Positions 28,691 through 38,128 of a DNA stretch of 43,517 bases are shown piece after piece. Source of the DNA: Patescibacteria group bacterium. Its GTDB lineage: Bacteria > Patescibacteriota > Microgenomatia > UBA8517. The stretch lies in contig JANWVB010000001.1 in NCBI GenBank assembly GCA_025057695.1, positions 1 through 43,517 of the forward strand, written 5' to 3'. The translations under genes were made by a program, and so were the position numbers. Position 1 is the stretch's first letter; each line of letters starts with the position of its first letter. The notes under the pieces were generated by a model that did no database searches, was not told where the DNA came from, and saw only the letters and a list, made by a program, of their open reading frames with translations.

Positions 28691-29009
28691 CAGCTAAGAA
28701 ACAAAAAGATCATAAAGCAGTTTCATCTAAAGTCTAAAAAGGGTACATAATTAACTCAGTAATTGTTGCATCCTAAATTTTTTATGTCAAGAAGCCGTGT
28801 TTTATAAAATACACACACAGAACACACTACATAAAAAAATAAATTACTAGACAAAAAACAACCCTATAAAAGGCAAGAACATGATCAATTAACTAACACC
28901 AGATTAAAGATTGAGTAATTTAAAATCAACGCTAAAACATTCAAAAATTTAAAACCAACGAGATAACACCAAAATCATTTTATTTTGCTATACTAAGTTA
29001 TCTAAAAAC

Positions 29010-29246
29010 ATGTATTCACAAAAAGCAAGGCGCACCAGAAAAGAGAAAATAAACGCTCATCGAACCATATCGTGGGTCCCAAATAACACAACTGATAAAC
29101 TTGCAAGCGCAAAAACCAAAAAAGCAAAATTAGGAAAAGAAAAAATTGAAAGCGCTACTACTAAAGATATATCAAAAAGTTTAATAGTTGCGGCAATCAT
29201 TATTTTTTCACAAATTTTTATCTATTTTTATCTTGAGCGTTTCTGA
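29010..29246 (+). CDS. small basic protein with a C-terminal TM helix (hypothetical)
   Basis: 78 aa ORF in an otherwise empty 320 bp gap, 5 nt upstream of the nth-like gene. No homolog recognised. Confidence 0.4.
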   Translation: MYSQKARRTRKEKINAHRTISWVPNNTTDKLASAKTKKAKLGKEKIESATTKDISKSLIVAAIIIFSQIFIYFYLERF

Positions 29247-29251
29247 GATCA

Positions 29252-29869
29252 ATGAAATGGACTAGAGAAAAAATAGATCGTGTTTATAGAATTTTCAGAA
29301 AAAACTACGCATTGGTGCCGCTTGAAGCGTATAAAAACGATCCATATAAAACTCTCATTTCCACACTTTTGTCGGCAAGAACAAAAGATGAAGTTACATA
29401 TCTAGCATCAGAAAAGCTTTTCGCAAAAGCAAATAACATCTTTGAATTAGCAAAACTTAATGTTTTTGAAATAGAAAAACTTATCTATCCTGTGGGATTT
29501 TATAAAACCAAAGCTAAAAATTTAAAAACTCTAGCTTCAAAAATAATCAACGAGCATAAAGGCAAAATTCCCTCTACCAAAGACAAGCTAGTAGAACTCC
29601 CAGGTGTTGGTAGCAAAACAGCAAATCTGGTTTTGAACAGAGCTTTTGCCAAACCCGCAATCGCAGTGGACACGCACGTTCACAAAATCGCCAATATGTT
29701 GGGCTGGGTAAACACAAAAACTCCCGCTCAAACAGAAAAAGCACTGCATGAATTTATCCCAAAACGCTATTGGAGCGAAACAAACAAACTTTTTGTATCA
29801 ATTGGAAGACAATATAAAACTAAAAACAAAATCCTATCTTTTTTGAAAGAAAATTCACTTATTAATTAG
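29252..29869 (+). CDS. nth: endonuclease III-like HhH-GPD DNA glycosylase lacking the Fe-S cluster cysteines
   Basis: HhH motif LPGVGSKTANLVL with the catalytic Lys, and VDTHVHKIANMLGW with the catalytic Asp. The C-terminus has no Cx6Cx2Cx5C. Confidence 0.8.
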   Translation: MKWTREKIDRVYRIFRKNYALVPLEAYKNDPYKTLISTLLSARTKDEVTYLASEKLFAKANNIFELAKLNVFEIEKLIYPVGFYKTKAKNLKTLASKIINEHKGKIPSTKDKLVELPGVGSKTANLVLNRAFAKPAIAVDTHVHKIANMLGWVNTKTPAQTEKALHEFIPKRYWSETNKLFVSIGRQYKTKNKILSFLKENSLIN

Positions 29870-30413
29870 CGGCAATTGCAACAGCATAAGGATATTTAAA
29901 AAGCGCACAACCATACTTTAGATTCTGATCTTTAAAAAGTTTTTTGTGATCATTTGAATTGTCCCACATAATAACAATTTCTTTTGGAACACGCCCTTTG
30001 TAAGCCAAAAATTCGGCAACCAATGAATAATTGTCTATAATTGCAGATAAATCAGGATGGTTTGTTTTAATTTTCTCAAAGCCGATATGCCCATCCAATT
30101 TTCCATTCTTTATTTGTTCATTTAAACGAACATCTGCTATTTTGCACAAATCATCTCTTAATTCAAGTTTATTGACAGAATTCGAAACTCGTTTTTCATT
30201 AATTTCTTCAAACAAAACATTTTTTTTATCATTTTGATTAACCGCATGTTCGGTTTGATTGGCATTTGTATCAGTAATTTCTCTATAATTAGCAAGGTAA
30301 GCATCGCTCCGATTTAGATTTGTAAAATTAAAAAAAATATAAAACACGGATAATATTGTCACAAAAATTTGTTTAATATTTGTTACGTCCATATTATAAC
30401 TTTTTTGAATCAA
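29862..30413 (-). CDS. CAP/SCP (YkwD-like) domain protein, membrane-anchored/secreted
   Basis: N-terminal hydrophobic anchor. INEKR...LELRDDLCKIADVR...DGHIGF...MWDNSNDHKKLF...YGCALF follows the CAP-domain pattern. Confidence 0.55.
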   Translation of the reverse strand: MIQKSYNMDVTNIKQIFVTILSVFYIFFNFTNLNRSDAYLANYREITDTNANQTEHAVNQNDKKNVLFEEINEKRVSNSVNKLELRDDLCKIADVRLNEQIKNGKLDGHIGFEKIKTNHPDLSAIIDNYSLVAEFLAYKGRVPKEIVIMWDNSNDHKKLFKDQNLKYGCALFKYPYAVAIAAN

Positions 30414-30849
30414 GAATAATTGTCACAGGACCAGCCAACTCTGTTTGTATTTTCATTTCCTGTCCAAAAGAACCAGTTGACACAAAAATGCCATAAGACT
30501 TAATCCTGCTTACAAAATATTTATAAAGTTTTCTTGCCATCTCAGACTTTGCGGCTTGTAAAAAAGATGGTCTATTGCCCTTTTTAACATCGGCATAAAG
30601 AGTAAACTGGGAAACTACTAACACGCCAAATTGCTTGTCTAAAACACTTTTGTTCATTTTCCCAAATTCATCAATAAAAATTCTCAAAGAAATTATTTTT
30701 TTCGAAAGAATTTCAGCGTCTTTGTAAGTATCATTTTTGCCTATGCCAAGTAAAACCAAAACCCCTTCAGAAGAAAGTCTGCCTGCAATTTGTTTTGTTT
30801 TAGCTTCAATCACAACCGCCTTTTTGACCACCTGCAAAACACATCTCAT
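30394..30849 (-). CDS. dtd: D-aminoacyl-tRNA deacylase
   Basis: MRCVLQVVKKA...VSQFTLYADVKKGNRPSF...GPVTIILD, full-length Dtd pattern at about 150 aa. Confidence 0.9.
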   Translation of the reverse strand: MRCVLQVVKKAVVIEAKTKQIAGRLSSEGVLVLLGIGKNDTYKDAEILSKKIISLRIFIDEFGKMNKSVLDKQFGVLVVSQFTLYADVKKGNRPSFLQAAKSEMARKLYKYFVSRIKSYGIFVSTGSFGQEMKIQTELAGPVTIILDSKKL

Positions 30850-30907
30850 ACCTTTTTGTTTGTAAAAATGCCAAACGCAAAAAAGCTACCAGATACAGCC
30901 TGAATGT

Positions 30908-31090
30908 TCAAGATTCAAAAAAGTCTAAAAGAGTTTTAATCAAAAAAACTAATAACAAAATTCCAACTAACAAAAACAATATATTAATTGCCAAATCGCG
31001 TCTGCCTATCACAGCATAAGCCCCGCCTAAAACAAACGAAACTGTTATGTTTGTTATAAATACAATCAATTTTGCGGTTTTCTTTGACAT
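30908..31090 (-). CDS. small two-TM membrane protein (hypothetical)
   Basis: 60 aa, two hydrophobic segments. The start is 2 nt after the comM/yifB stop, which suggests co-transcription. Confidence 0.4.
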   Translation of the reverse strand: MSKKTAKLIVFITNITVSFVLGGAYAVIGRRDLAINILFLLVGILLLVFLIKTLLDFFES

Positions 31091-31092
31091 TT

Positions 31093-32631
31093 TTATTTTT
31101 GTCCAAATTCTCTGTTTCTAAACTGAATGGCTTCCGCTATAGCGCTTGGGGTAATATCTTTTTGCCCCTCTAAATCACATATCGTCCGCGCCACTTTTAT
31201 AATCTTAAAAAAAGATCTTGTGGATAAATTCATTGCAGAAACTGCGGCATACATCAGCTTCTTGCACTCATCAGAAAGCGGGCAGTATTCTTTAACTTGT
31301 CTATTGTTCATGTCCGAATTAGCAAAAATGTTAGCGCCATCAAACCTTGCTTTCTGCAAATTGCGCGCATTTTGCACTCTATCTTGCACACTTTTGGAAG
31401 ATTCCCTTTTGGTTGTGTTGGAAAACAGCTTTTGGGTGTCAACAACAGGCACATTCACATGCAAATCAATTCTATCTAAAATTGGACCAGAAATTTTCTT
31501 TTGATATCTTACTATTTGTCCTTGCAAGCAAACGCATTTTCTTCTGCTATCGCCATAAAAACCGCAAGGGCAAGGATTAGCGGCCGCAACCAACAAAAAA
31601 TTAGCTGGAAAAGTGACACTTCCTTTGGCTCGCGATATATGAACATAACCATCTTCCATAGGTTGCCTAAGGCTTTCTATGACACTTCTTGGAAATTCAG
31701 GAAATTCATCCAGAAACAATACACCTCTATGAGCAAGAGAAACTTCGCCCGGCTGAAGATTCGAACCGCCACCAATTAGTCCTATTCTGCTCGTTGTATG
31801 GTGAGGACTTCTAAATGGCCTTGAAGTCACAATACCTTCTTCCATGCGCAAATTGCCTGTAATGGAGTATATTTTGCTTACCTCCAGAGCCTCTTCTTGC
31901 GTTAATTTAGGCAATATACCAGGAAGTGCGCGAGCCAACATAGTTTTCCCGGACCCGGGGGCGCCTTCCAAAAAAACATTGTGATTGCCTGCGGCGGCAA
32001 TTTCCATAGCTCTTTTTGCAAATTCCTGACCAATTATTTCCGAGAAATCAAAATCTGATTTTGTCTCTTTTAAGATTTTTGAGATTTCAATTGTGTGAGC
32101 CTTTGGTATAGGCAATGTTCCCAACAAATGCCTGATAAGGGACAATAAGGTATCAATCGCGTATAACTCTATTCCTTCAATAACTGCGGCTTCGCGAATG
32201 TTTTCAACAGGAACAAACATCTTCTTAAATCCCCTTTTCTTGGCAAGATGGGTAAGCGGCAAAATTCCGTTTGTTTTGCGCAAAGAACCATCCAAAGAAA
32301 GCTCCCCGACAAAAAAAGAGTCATTCGTGTCTTCATTAGATTTAATTTGAGCCGACGCCAAAAGTATTCCAATGGCAATTGGCAAATCATAAGCGGGTCC
32401 TACCTTAGGCAAATCGGCAGGAGCCAAATTAACAGTGATTCGCGTTTGAGGAAAATCCGCGCCTGTATTTTTTATAGCGGACCTGACTCTTTCCTTTGAT
32501 TCTTCAACTGCCTTGTCAGGTAAACCAACAATTGTGAAAGAAGGGAAACCGGATTGAGGTATATCAACTTCAACTTCAATCAAAACTCCTTCCAAGCCAA
32601 CTATTGTGCCAGAAAAAACACGAGCAAGCAT
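31093..32631 (-). CDS. comM: YifB/ComM family Mg-chelatase-like AAA+ ATPase
   Basis: Lon-like N-domain, Walker A GAPGSGKTM, Walker B VLFLDEFPEF and a C-terminal ChlI-type domain. 512 aa. Confidence 0.93.
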   Translation of the reverse strand: MLARVFSGTIVGLEGVLIEVEVDIPQSGFPSFTIVGLPDKAVEESKERVRSAIKNTGADFPQTRITVNLAPADLPKVGPAYDLPIAIGILLASAQIKSNEDTNDSFFVGELSLDGSLRKTNGILPLTHLAKKRGFKKMFVPVENIREAAVIEGIELYAIDTLLSLIRHLLGTLPIPKAHTIEISKILKETKSDFDFSEIIGQEFAKRAMEIAAAGNHNVFLEGAPGSGKTMLARALPGILPKLTQEEALEVSKIYSITGNLRMEEGIVTSRPFRSPHHTTSRIGLIGGGSNLQPGEVSLAHRGVLFLDEFPEFPRSVIESLRQPMEDGYVHISRAKGSVTFPANFLLVAAANPCPCGFYGDSRRKCVCLQGQIVRYQKKISGPILDRIDLHVNVPVVDTQKLFSNTTKRESSKSVQDRVQNARNLQKARFDGANIFANSDMNNRQVKEYCPLSDECKKLMYAAVSAMNLSTRSFFKIIKVARTICDLEGQKDITPSAIAEAIQFRNREFGQK

Positions 32632-32666
32632 TCTAAATTAAAGAGTACACTAAAAGGAAGAATAAT

Positions 32667-32942
32667 CTAAATAGTTAAACTTGCTTGCACACTTGAGGAC
32701 AATTTACCAAATATGATTGTAAACATGTATAAAATTACCAAAAAAGGAATGACACAAGCGATAACAAAAACCCACCAGTATTTTGTAGCTTTGTCTCTAA
32801 ACAAATACCTAAAACCTTTATGGTTAAGATTAATAAGTATTGTAACCGCGGCTATAAAACCGGCAATAGCGCCAATTCTAAAAAAATTATATACAGCGTT
32901 TTGTATATTTGCTAAAGAAGATTCCATTTTGACTGCAATCAT
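32667..32942 (-). CDS. small membrane protein (hypothetical)
   Basis: 91 aa with two clear TM helices. A mirror ORF on the + strand is less protein-like. Confidence 0.45.
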   Translation of the reverse strand: MIAVKMESSLANIQNAVYNFFRIGAIAGFIAAVTILINLNHKGFRYLFRDKATKYWWVFVIACVIPFLVILYMFTIIFGKLSSSVQASLTI

Positions 32943-33177
32943 TATGATACTTATTTGTTAGTTTTGCAATATATCAACAAATTAAACTAATAAATAAAAG
33001 TAAAAGAAATATTCTACACAAAACGATAAAAACTAATCAAATAGAAAGGCAAAAACAAACCCCGACAAATATCCTATGATAACAAGAAAATCATAACAAT
33101 TTAATCTTTCTAGGATATATTAAAATCACAAGAAGTTTCTCTCCTTAGCCATCAACTCAAAATGCTTCAAAGAAAAA

Positions 33178-34014
33178 TTAAGATAATTGCTCAATTAATG
33201 AAGATCCACCCAAAAAACTTTTAATATCTTCCCAATTAACATAAACCGGAACTTTAATTTCTTCTGGAAAATACTGTCGATATCCTCCCGGATCTGCTTC
33301 GTAAGAATATTCTACACGACAAAGAATCCCTGAATCCTCCACTCCACTTAATTGTTGTCCCTTAAGCAATTCTTGCCTGTTATAAAAACTCCTAGCAACA
33401 ACAGAGCGCGTATTGACATTAATACATTCGCCGTAAGCCGCACCTACACCCAAATTAGGATGGTATCTGGCATCTGAATAGGTTACTTCCAGAGCTATAA
33501 CTTCGCCTTGAGCATCTTGAGCAACTGGAATGTAATGATACCAGTGAAACAAGTGCAACGTTTTTGTTCTATCCGTAGAAAAAGAGTAGAGCACACGAGC
33601 TTTAATTCTACCATTATTATCATAATGGTATTCATTCCCAGCTGTTTCAACCATCTTACCTTCTTTGCCGGATAGGGAATAAACTACCCGACTTGGCCTT
33701 CCTTGTTGATCGTAAGAGATGGTAGTAAATTCGAGGTGTTCTTCATTATCAATCCATTTAATAGACTTTATCTGAATTGGAACTTTCTCATCAAATTCCG
33801 TAACTAAAGGTGAACATCTTTCACCACTTATCTTAATAAACCTTGTGCTACCAAAAATCTCTTGACCTAAAGTATCGTATGCAAAAAGCCCCTTAGCCTC
33901 TTCTAATCCTGATGTGAAACCTATCCGCAACAAAGCACTACCATTGGGATGCTTTCGGATGGTTTCTGGTCTGTAAACTGGATGTCGGCAAAACTCACGA
34001 TTACTTACTGCCAT
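33178..34014 (-). CDS. hypothetical protein with YD/RHS-repeat-like motifs
   Basis: Intact 278 aa ORF with no signal peptide. Repeated beta-hairpin-like motifs ISYDQQGRPSRVVY, YHYDNNGRIKARVLY, VTYSDARYH and VEYSYEADPGG. Looks more GC-rich than the flanks by eye. Confidence 0.6.
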   Translation of the reverse strand: MAVSNREFCRHPVYRPETIRKHPNGSALLRIGFTSGLEEAKGLFAYDTLGQEIFGSTRFIKISGERCSPLVTEFDEKVPIQIKSIKWIDNEEHLEFTTISYDQQGRPSRVVYSLSGKEGKMVETAGNEYHYDNNGRIKARVLYSFSTDRTKTLHLFHWYHYIPVAQDAQGEVIALEVTYSDARYHPNLGVGAAYGECINVNTRSVVARSFYNRQELLKGQQLSGVEDSGILCRVEYSYEADPGGYRQYFPEEIKVPVYVNWEDIKSFLGGSSLIEQLS

Positions 34015-34463
34015 ATAATGAGTCTAGTTTACCAAAATACACTAAAAATAACAATCAATCGCCAGATTGTGCACCATACCACACTGATATTTTTGAGTAA
34101 GCTTAAGAAAAATTGATTTTAGATAAGCTAAAAACTCATTCTCCCTAATACATGATAACCACTTTACACATTTTCAGCTTTTAATTAATAATTCTAAAAT
34201 AAAACTTGCCATCTTTTTTGATCTTTTAATTGTTAGCAAAATTTTTAAAGTGAGTAAATTGTAACTTTCGTCTCACTTCCAAGTTTTCAAGATTACTTCG
34301 TCTTTCTCCAATACCGATATATTCTAACATATAAGATAAGATAGGTATCAATACTTAATATGATCTCTATGTAAAATTTGTATAAAAGTTAATTACGATC
34401 TGACACAATCTGAATTACTGAATAAAACAAATTACATACACAAAATGTTCTCGTTCTAGTATC

Positions 34464-35756
34464 TTATATTACAGGAGTCACCAAAGCAGGAATTTTATCT
34501 ACACCCAATGCTTTCAAAGCAGCAATCCTATGCCTTCCATCATCTCCAATATAATATTTACCATCCAATTGAATAATCTTAATCGGTTCTCTGCCACCAG
34601 CCACTATAGTGCCATTTCCTCTTTTTAGCTCATTTACAATATTCCAGATGTTGGAAACACCTCTACCAGCTGATTCACTTACCGACCATGTTTTTAGGTC
34701 AGATCCGCCAACAACTTTATCTAACTCAACCATTTGTGCAAGTTCCTCGCCCATATGTCTACCACTTATATCAGGCATTTGTTCAACATGTAAATTACGA
34801 AGAATTTGCTTTAGTTCTTCTTCGGAACCAATATGGCGAGTTATTTTGTCTACAACAGGATATTCATTTGGATTTCCTCTTTTTAAAAGTTCGTAATTTC
34901 TTGGAGTATCTGGTCTTGATTCAAGAACCCAGTTCGTCATTTCAACAAAAAGTGAAGAATAACCCGAACCATACGGATCATTATAAAATCTTAAATTACC
35001 ATGCCATTGTTGCATGTGATTTATAAAAGTTTCCCTAGGCATTTTGCTAGCTACCAACTTAGAAAATTCAATCAACTGCATTATTTGTTTCTCCGTTGGT
35101 AATTTGCCATTTACTTCAGGCCATGATTGATCAGATTCACGTTGATCAGATTCATACTGAAAATTATCCGGATAATCTGGTAACAATTTCAATCCTTTTG
35201 TCGCCAGTTTCTCAAAAACAACATCCTCGTCAGTTAATTTTGGCGCTAATTGAATAACCTCCCGAATGAATTTGTGCCTTATATCATCCGTCAAACAAGG
35301 AGCAATTTTGTTTATTGCATCTACTACACCACCCCTTTGGTTTTTATCCAGAGTGGTGATATAAACCGAGCTTGCTTGGCCATCAACTGTTTTTTCAGCA
35401 ATTAAAAGACCATATCTTTTCTCTTCAGGAACATAAGTGGAACTGGAATAAGTTTCGCCAACAGCAATCGATCCATAACTATTTTCAGCCCAAAAATAGC
35501 CGCTACGCACAGCGTGCCAAGGATGTGAGATTTCAGGATCAATGGATTCAGCCGCTTTTTGAAATTTGCCAATTGCAAAATAATCTCTGGGGTCAATCGG
35601 CAAACTTATCTCATTTCGAAATTGCTCATTCGCTTGGAAGCTCAAGTCTGGAGCAGGTTTTGCAATACCTGCTGGCACTTCTTCAACCTCAGTCATATCT
35701 AGAATTTTATCAGAAAAACTTGATCGAATAACAAGAACTAAATCAACATAGTACAA
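34464..35756 (-). CDS. hypothetical protein with a C-terminal ParB/Srx-like (ParB N-terminal nuclease-type) domain
   Basis: C-terminus PIKIIQLDGKYYIGDDGRHRIAALKALGVDKIPALV matches the ParBc DGxHR...A..lG...ip motif. The N-terminal ~350 aa are unrecognised. The tracked start is TTG; the first ATG (MTEVEE) is at 35696. Confidence 0.6.
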   Translation of the reverse strand: MYYVDLVLVIRSSFSDKILDMTEVEEVPAGIAKPAPDLSFQANEQFRNEISLPIDPRDYFAIGKFQKAAESIDPEISHPWHAVRSGYFWAENSYGSIAVGETYSSSTYVPEEKRYGLLIAEKTVDGQASSVYITTLDKNQRGGVVDAINKIAPCLTDDIRHKFIREVIQLAPKLTDEDVVFEKLATKGLKLLPDYPDNFQYESDQRESDQSWPEVNGKLPTEKQIMQLIEFSKLVASKMPRETFINHMQQWHGNLRFYNDPYGSGYSSLFVEMTNWVLESRPDTPRNYELLKRGNPNEYPVVDKITRHIGSEEELKQILRNLHVEQMPDISGRHMGEELAQMVELDKVVGGSDLKTWSVSESAGRGVSNIWNIVNELKRGNGTIVAGGREPIKIIQLDGKYYIGDDGRHRIAALKALGVDKIPALVTPVI

Positions 35757-36116
35757 GGGTTTTAATCTTGAATCTTTCTAAAAGGATTGTGTGTAAAAAA
35801 TTAGCATTTAGAAACATCTGCTTGAAATGTTTTACGCTTTACTTTCACTTAAATTTCTAAATATTTAAATTTCTCATTTTCTTTTCTATTTCGTCATAAA
35901 GTTCCAAACCGACCTGCTCAAAAACTTCCAGTAAATCTTTGTAGGTGTTTTTTAACTTTATTCGAAAGAACTAACCAAAACACACAAAAAGCTTTCTAGA
36001 AGCTTGTCTTTCCTTCTTTATTTACATTCGGAAAATCTTGAAGGGAATATACCAAAAAAGCATTTGAGATAATAAATACCAGCAACAACAAAAAAGAGCC
36101 TTTACTTTTGCGTGGG

Positions 36117-36187
36117 TCGGGGTAGCAGGAATTGAACCTACGCCGGACGCACCCCATGCGCCCATTCTACCGTTAAACTATACCCCG
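36117..36187 (-). tRNA. tRNA-Pro (anticodon GGG)
   Basis: Hand-folded on the minus strand: acceptor CGGGGTA/TACCCCG, D stem GTTT/GAAT with a GG in the loop, anticodon stem GGCGC/GCGTC with loop ATGGGGT (U33, GGG, G37), T arm GTAGG-TTCAATT-CCTGC, discriminator A. CCA is not encoded. Confidence 0.88.
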
Positions 36188-36268
36188 TTTTTCAAAAAAG
36201 ACCTTTGACTCAACTCAAGTTGTATTCTAGCACATCAGGTATTTCTAAAAATTTTCTAAATTATTGGT

Positions 36269-38077
36269 ATGATAAAATCTTTCTGTATGAAAACTTCTTG
36301 GGATTTAACACTGCTATTCAAAGATAAGAAAGAAATATCAAAAACAAGAACCATTGTCGAAGAAAAAACAAAAGAATTTGTCCAGAAGTGGCAAGGCAAC
36401 AAAGACTACCTGAAAAAACCTGAAATCTTAAAACAAGCGCTTGACGAATATGCCAATTGGCTTACCAACTACGGCGCAAACACAAAAGAAATGTTTTACT
36501 ATCATCTATGGCAGTCTCTTGACCAAGAAAACCCACAAATAAAAGCGGAAGTAAACAAAGCGACTGAATTTGCAATCAAGATTGAAAATCAAATACAATT
36601 TTTTACACACAGAATCTCAAAAGTTGATAAAAAATCTCAAAGCAAATTTTTAAAAAGCAAATTTCTTACGCCATACAAACACTTCTTGGAAAAATTATTT
36701 GAAAGCGCAAATTATTTATTAACTGAACCTGAAGAAAAAATCCTAAACACCCTTTCTCCGCTTGCTTACAATAACTGGACGAGAATGCTATCTTCCTTTT
36801 TGGCAAAAGAGGAAAAGAATCTAAAAGATGAATCTGAAAAACTAAAACCAAGAAGCTTTGCTGAAATACTAAACCTAATGAACAGCTCGAAAAAATCAGT
36901 GCGAAATAGCGCGGCAAAAGCATTTAATGAAATTTTAGCCAAACATGCCGAAGTTGCCGAAAATGAACTAAACTCAGTTTTGCAATATAAAAAAATCACC
37001 GACGAATTAAGAGGATTCAAAAAACCAGACGAAGCACGATATTTGGCAGACGATATAGATTCAGATGTGGTTAAAACTCTGGTTGAAACAGTCTCGAAAA
37101 ATTTTGACATATCTCAAAAGTATTACTTACTAAAAGCCAAACTAATGGGCGTTGACAAACTTGCGTATCATGAAAGAAATGTCCCAATTTTGCTTGGCAA
37201 AGTAAACAAAAAGTATGATTATGAGAAGGCGTCAAGATTGGTAAAAAAAGTCTTAGAAAATCTTGACAAAGAATTCTTGGAAATTTTTGTTAACTTTGAA
37301 GAAAATGGTCAGATAGACGTATTCCCAAAAAAGGGCAAGGCAAACGGCGCTTTTGCAACAACACAAACACTCTCAACTCCAACATACATACTTCTTAACC
37401 ATACGGGAGAGTTTGATAATGTAACAACATTGGCACATGAGCTGGGTCATGGGATCAACAATGAACTTATACGCAAAAGGCAGAACGAGCTTAACTTTGG
37501 TACACCTACATCCACCGCAGAAGTGGCAAGCACATTCTTTGAAGATTTTGTTTTCCAAGAATTAATACAAGATGCCGATCAAAAAACCAGACTATCGCTA
37601 ATGATGGCAAAACTTAATGATTATGTCTCAACAATTTTCAGACAAATCGCATTTTATAATTTCGAACTTGAACTGCATAATATTTTCCGCCAAAAAGGAT
37701 ATTTGCCCAAAGAAGAAATTGGTCAAATTTTTCAAAAACACATGGTAAGTTACATGGGAAAAGCTGTGTCGCAAGATTCCGGATCTGAGAATTGGTGGGT
37801 TTATGTGCATCATTTCAGATATTTTTTCTATGTGTATTCATACGCCAGCGGTCTTTTGATAAGCAAATCTTTGCAAGCATTAGTAAAGCAAAATAGACAA
37901 TTTATAGAAAAAGTAAAAGGATTCTTAAGTGCGGGCAAAAGCGATTCGCCAAAGAATATATTTGCAAAACTTCAAATAGACATAACTAAAAAAGAATTTT
38001 GGGAAAAAGGAATAAAAGAAATTGCAGAACTACTAACTGAAACGGAAAAATTAGCCACAGATTTAAGTTTGATTTAA
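36269..38077 (+). CDS. pepF: oligoendopeptidase F (M3B family metallopeptidase)
   Basis: HELGHG zinc motif in a ~600 aa M3-type architecture. The likely true start is MKTSWDL at 36287. Confidence 0.9.
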   Translation: MIKSFCMKTSWDLTLLFKDKKEISKTRTIVEEKTKEFVQKWQGNKDYLKKPEILKQALDEYANWLTNYGANTKEMFYYHLWQSLDQENPQIKAEVNKATEFAIKIENQIQFFTHRISKVDKKSQSKFLKSKFLTPYKHFLEKLFESANYLLTEPEEKILNTLSPLAYNNWTRMLSSFLAKEEKNLKDESEKLKPRSFAEILNLMNSSKKSVRNSAAKAFNEILAKHAEVAENELNSVLQYKKITDELRGFKKPDEARYLADDIDSDVVKTLVETVSKNFDISQKYYLLKAKLMGVDKLAYHERNVPILLGKVNKKYDYEKASRLVKKVLENLDKEFLEIFVNFEENGQIDVFPKKGKANGAFATTQTLSTPTYILLNHTGEFDNVTTLAHELGHGINNELIRKRQNELNFGTPTSTAEVASTFFEDFVFQELIQDADQKTRLSLMMAKLNDYVSTIFRQIAFYNFELELHNIFRQKGYLPKEEIGQIFQKHMVSYMGKAVSQDSGSENWWVYVHHFRYFFYVYSYASGLLISKSLQALVKQNRQFIEKVKGFLSAGKSDSPKNIFAKLQIDITKKEFWEKGIKEIAELLTETEKLATDLSLI

Positions 38078-38128
38078 AAGCTGTTTTTAAAATATTTGCT
38101 TTACAATTCTCTAGAGATTAATCAATAA

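Noticed and set aside
33069-33118. An 8 bp inverted repeat, ATATCCTA...TAGGATAT, with a 34 nt loop, downstream of the YD-like gene.
   Set aside because: The loop is too large and no T-tract follows, so it is not an intrinsic terminator. An 8 bp AT-rich inverted repeat is plausible by chance.
35870-35990. A minus-strand open frame, ...FRIKLKNTYKDLLEVFEQVGLELYDEIEKKMRNLNI-stop, between the ParB-like gene and tRNA-Pro.
   Set aside because: It is only about 37 codons, with no start codon and an upstream in-frame TAG. It may be a gene remnant but cannot be supported.
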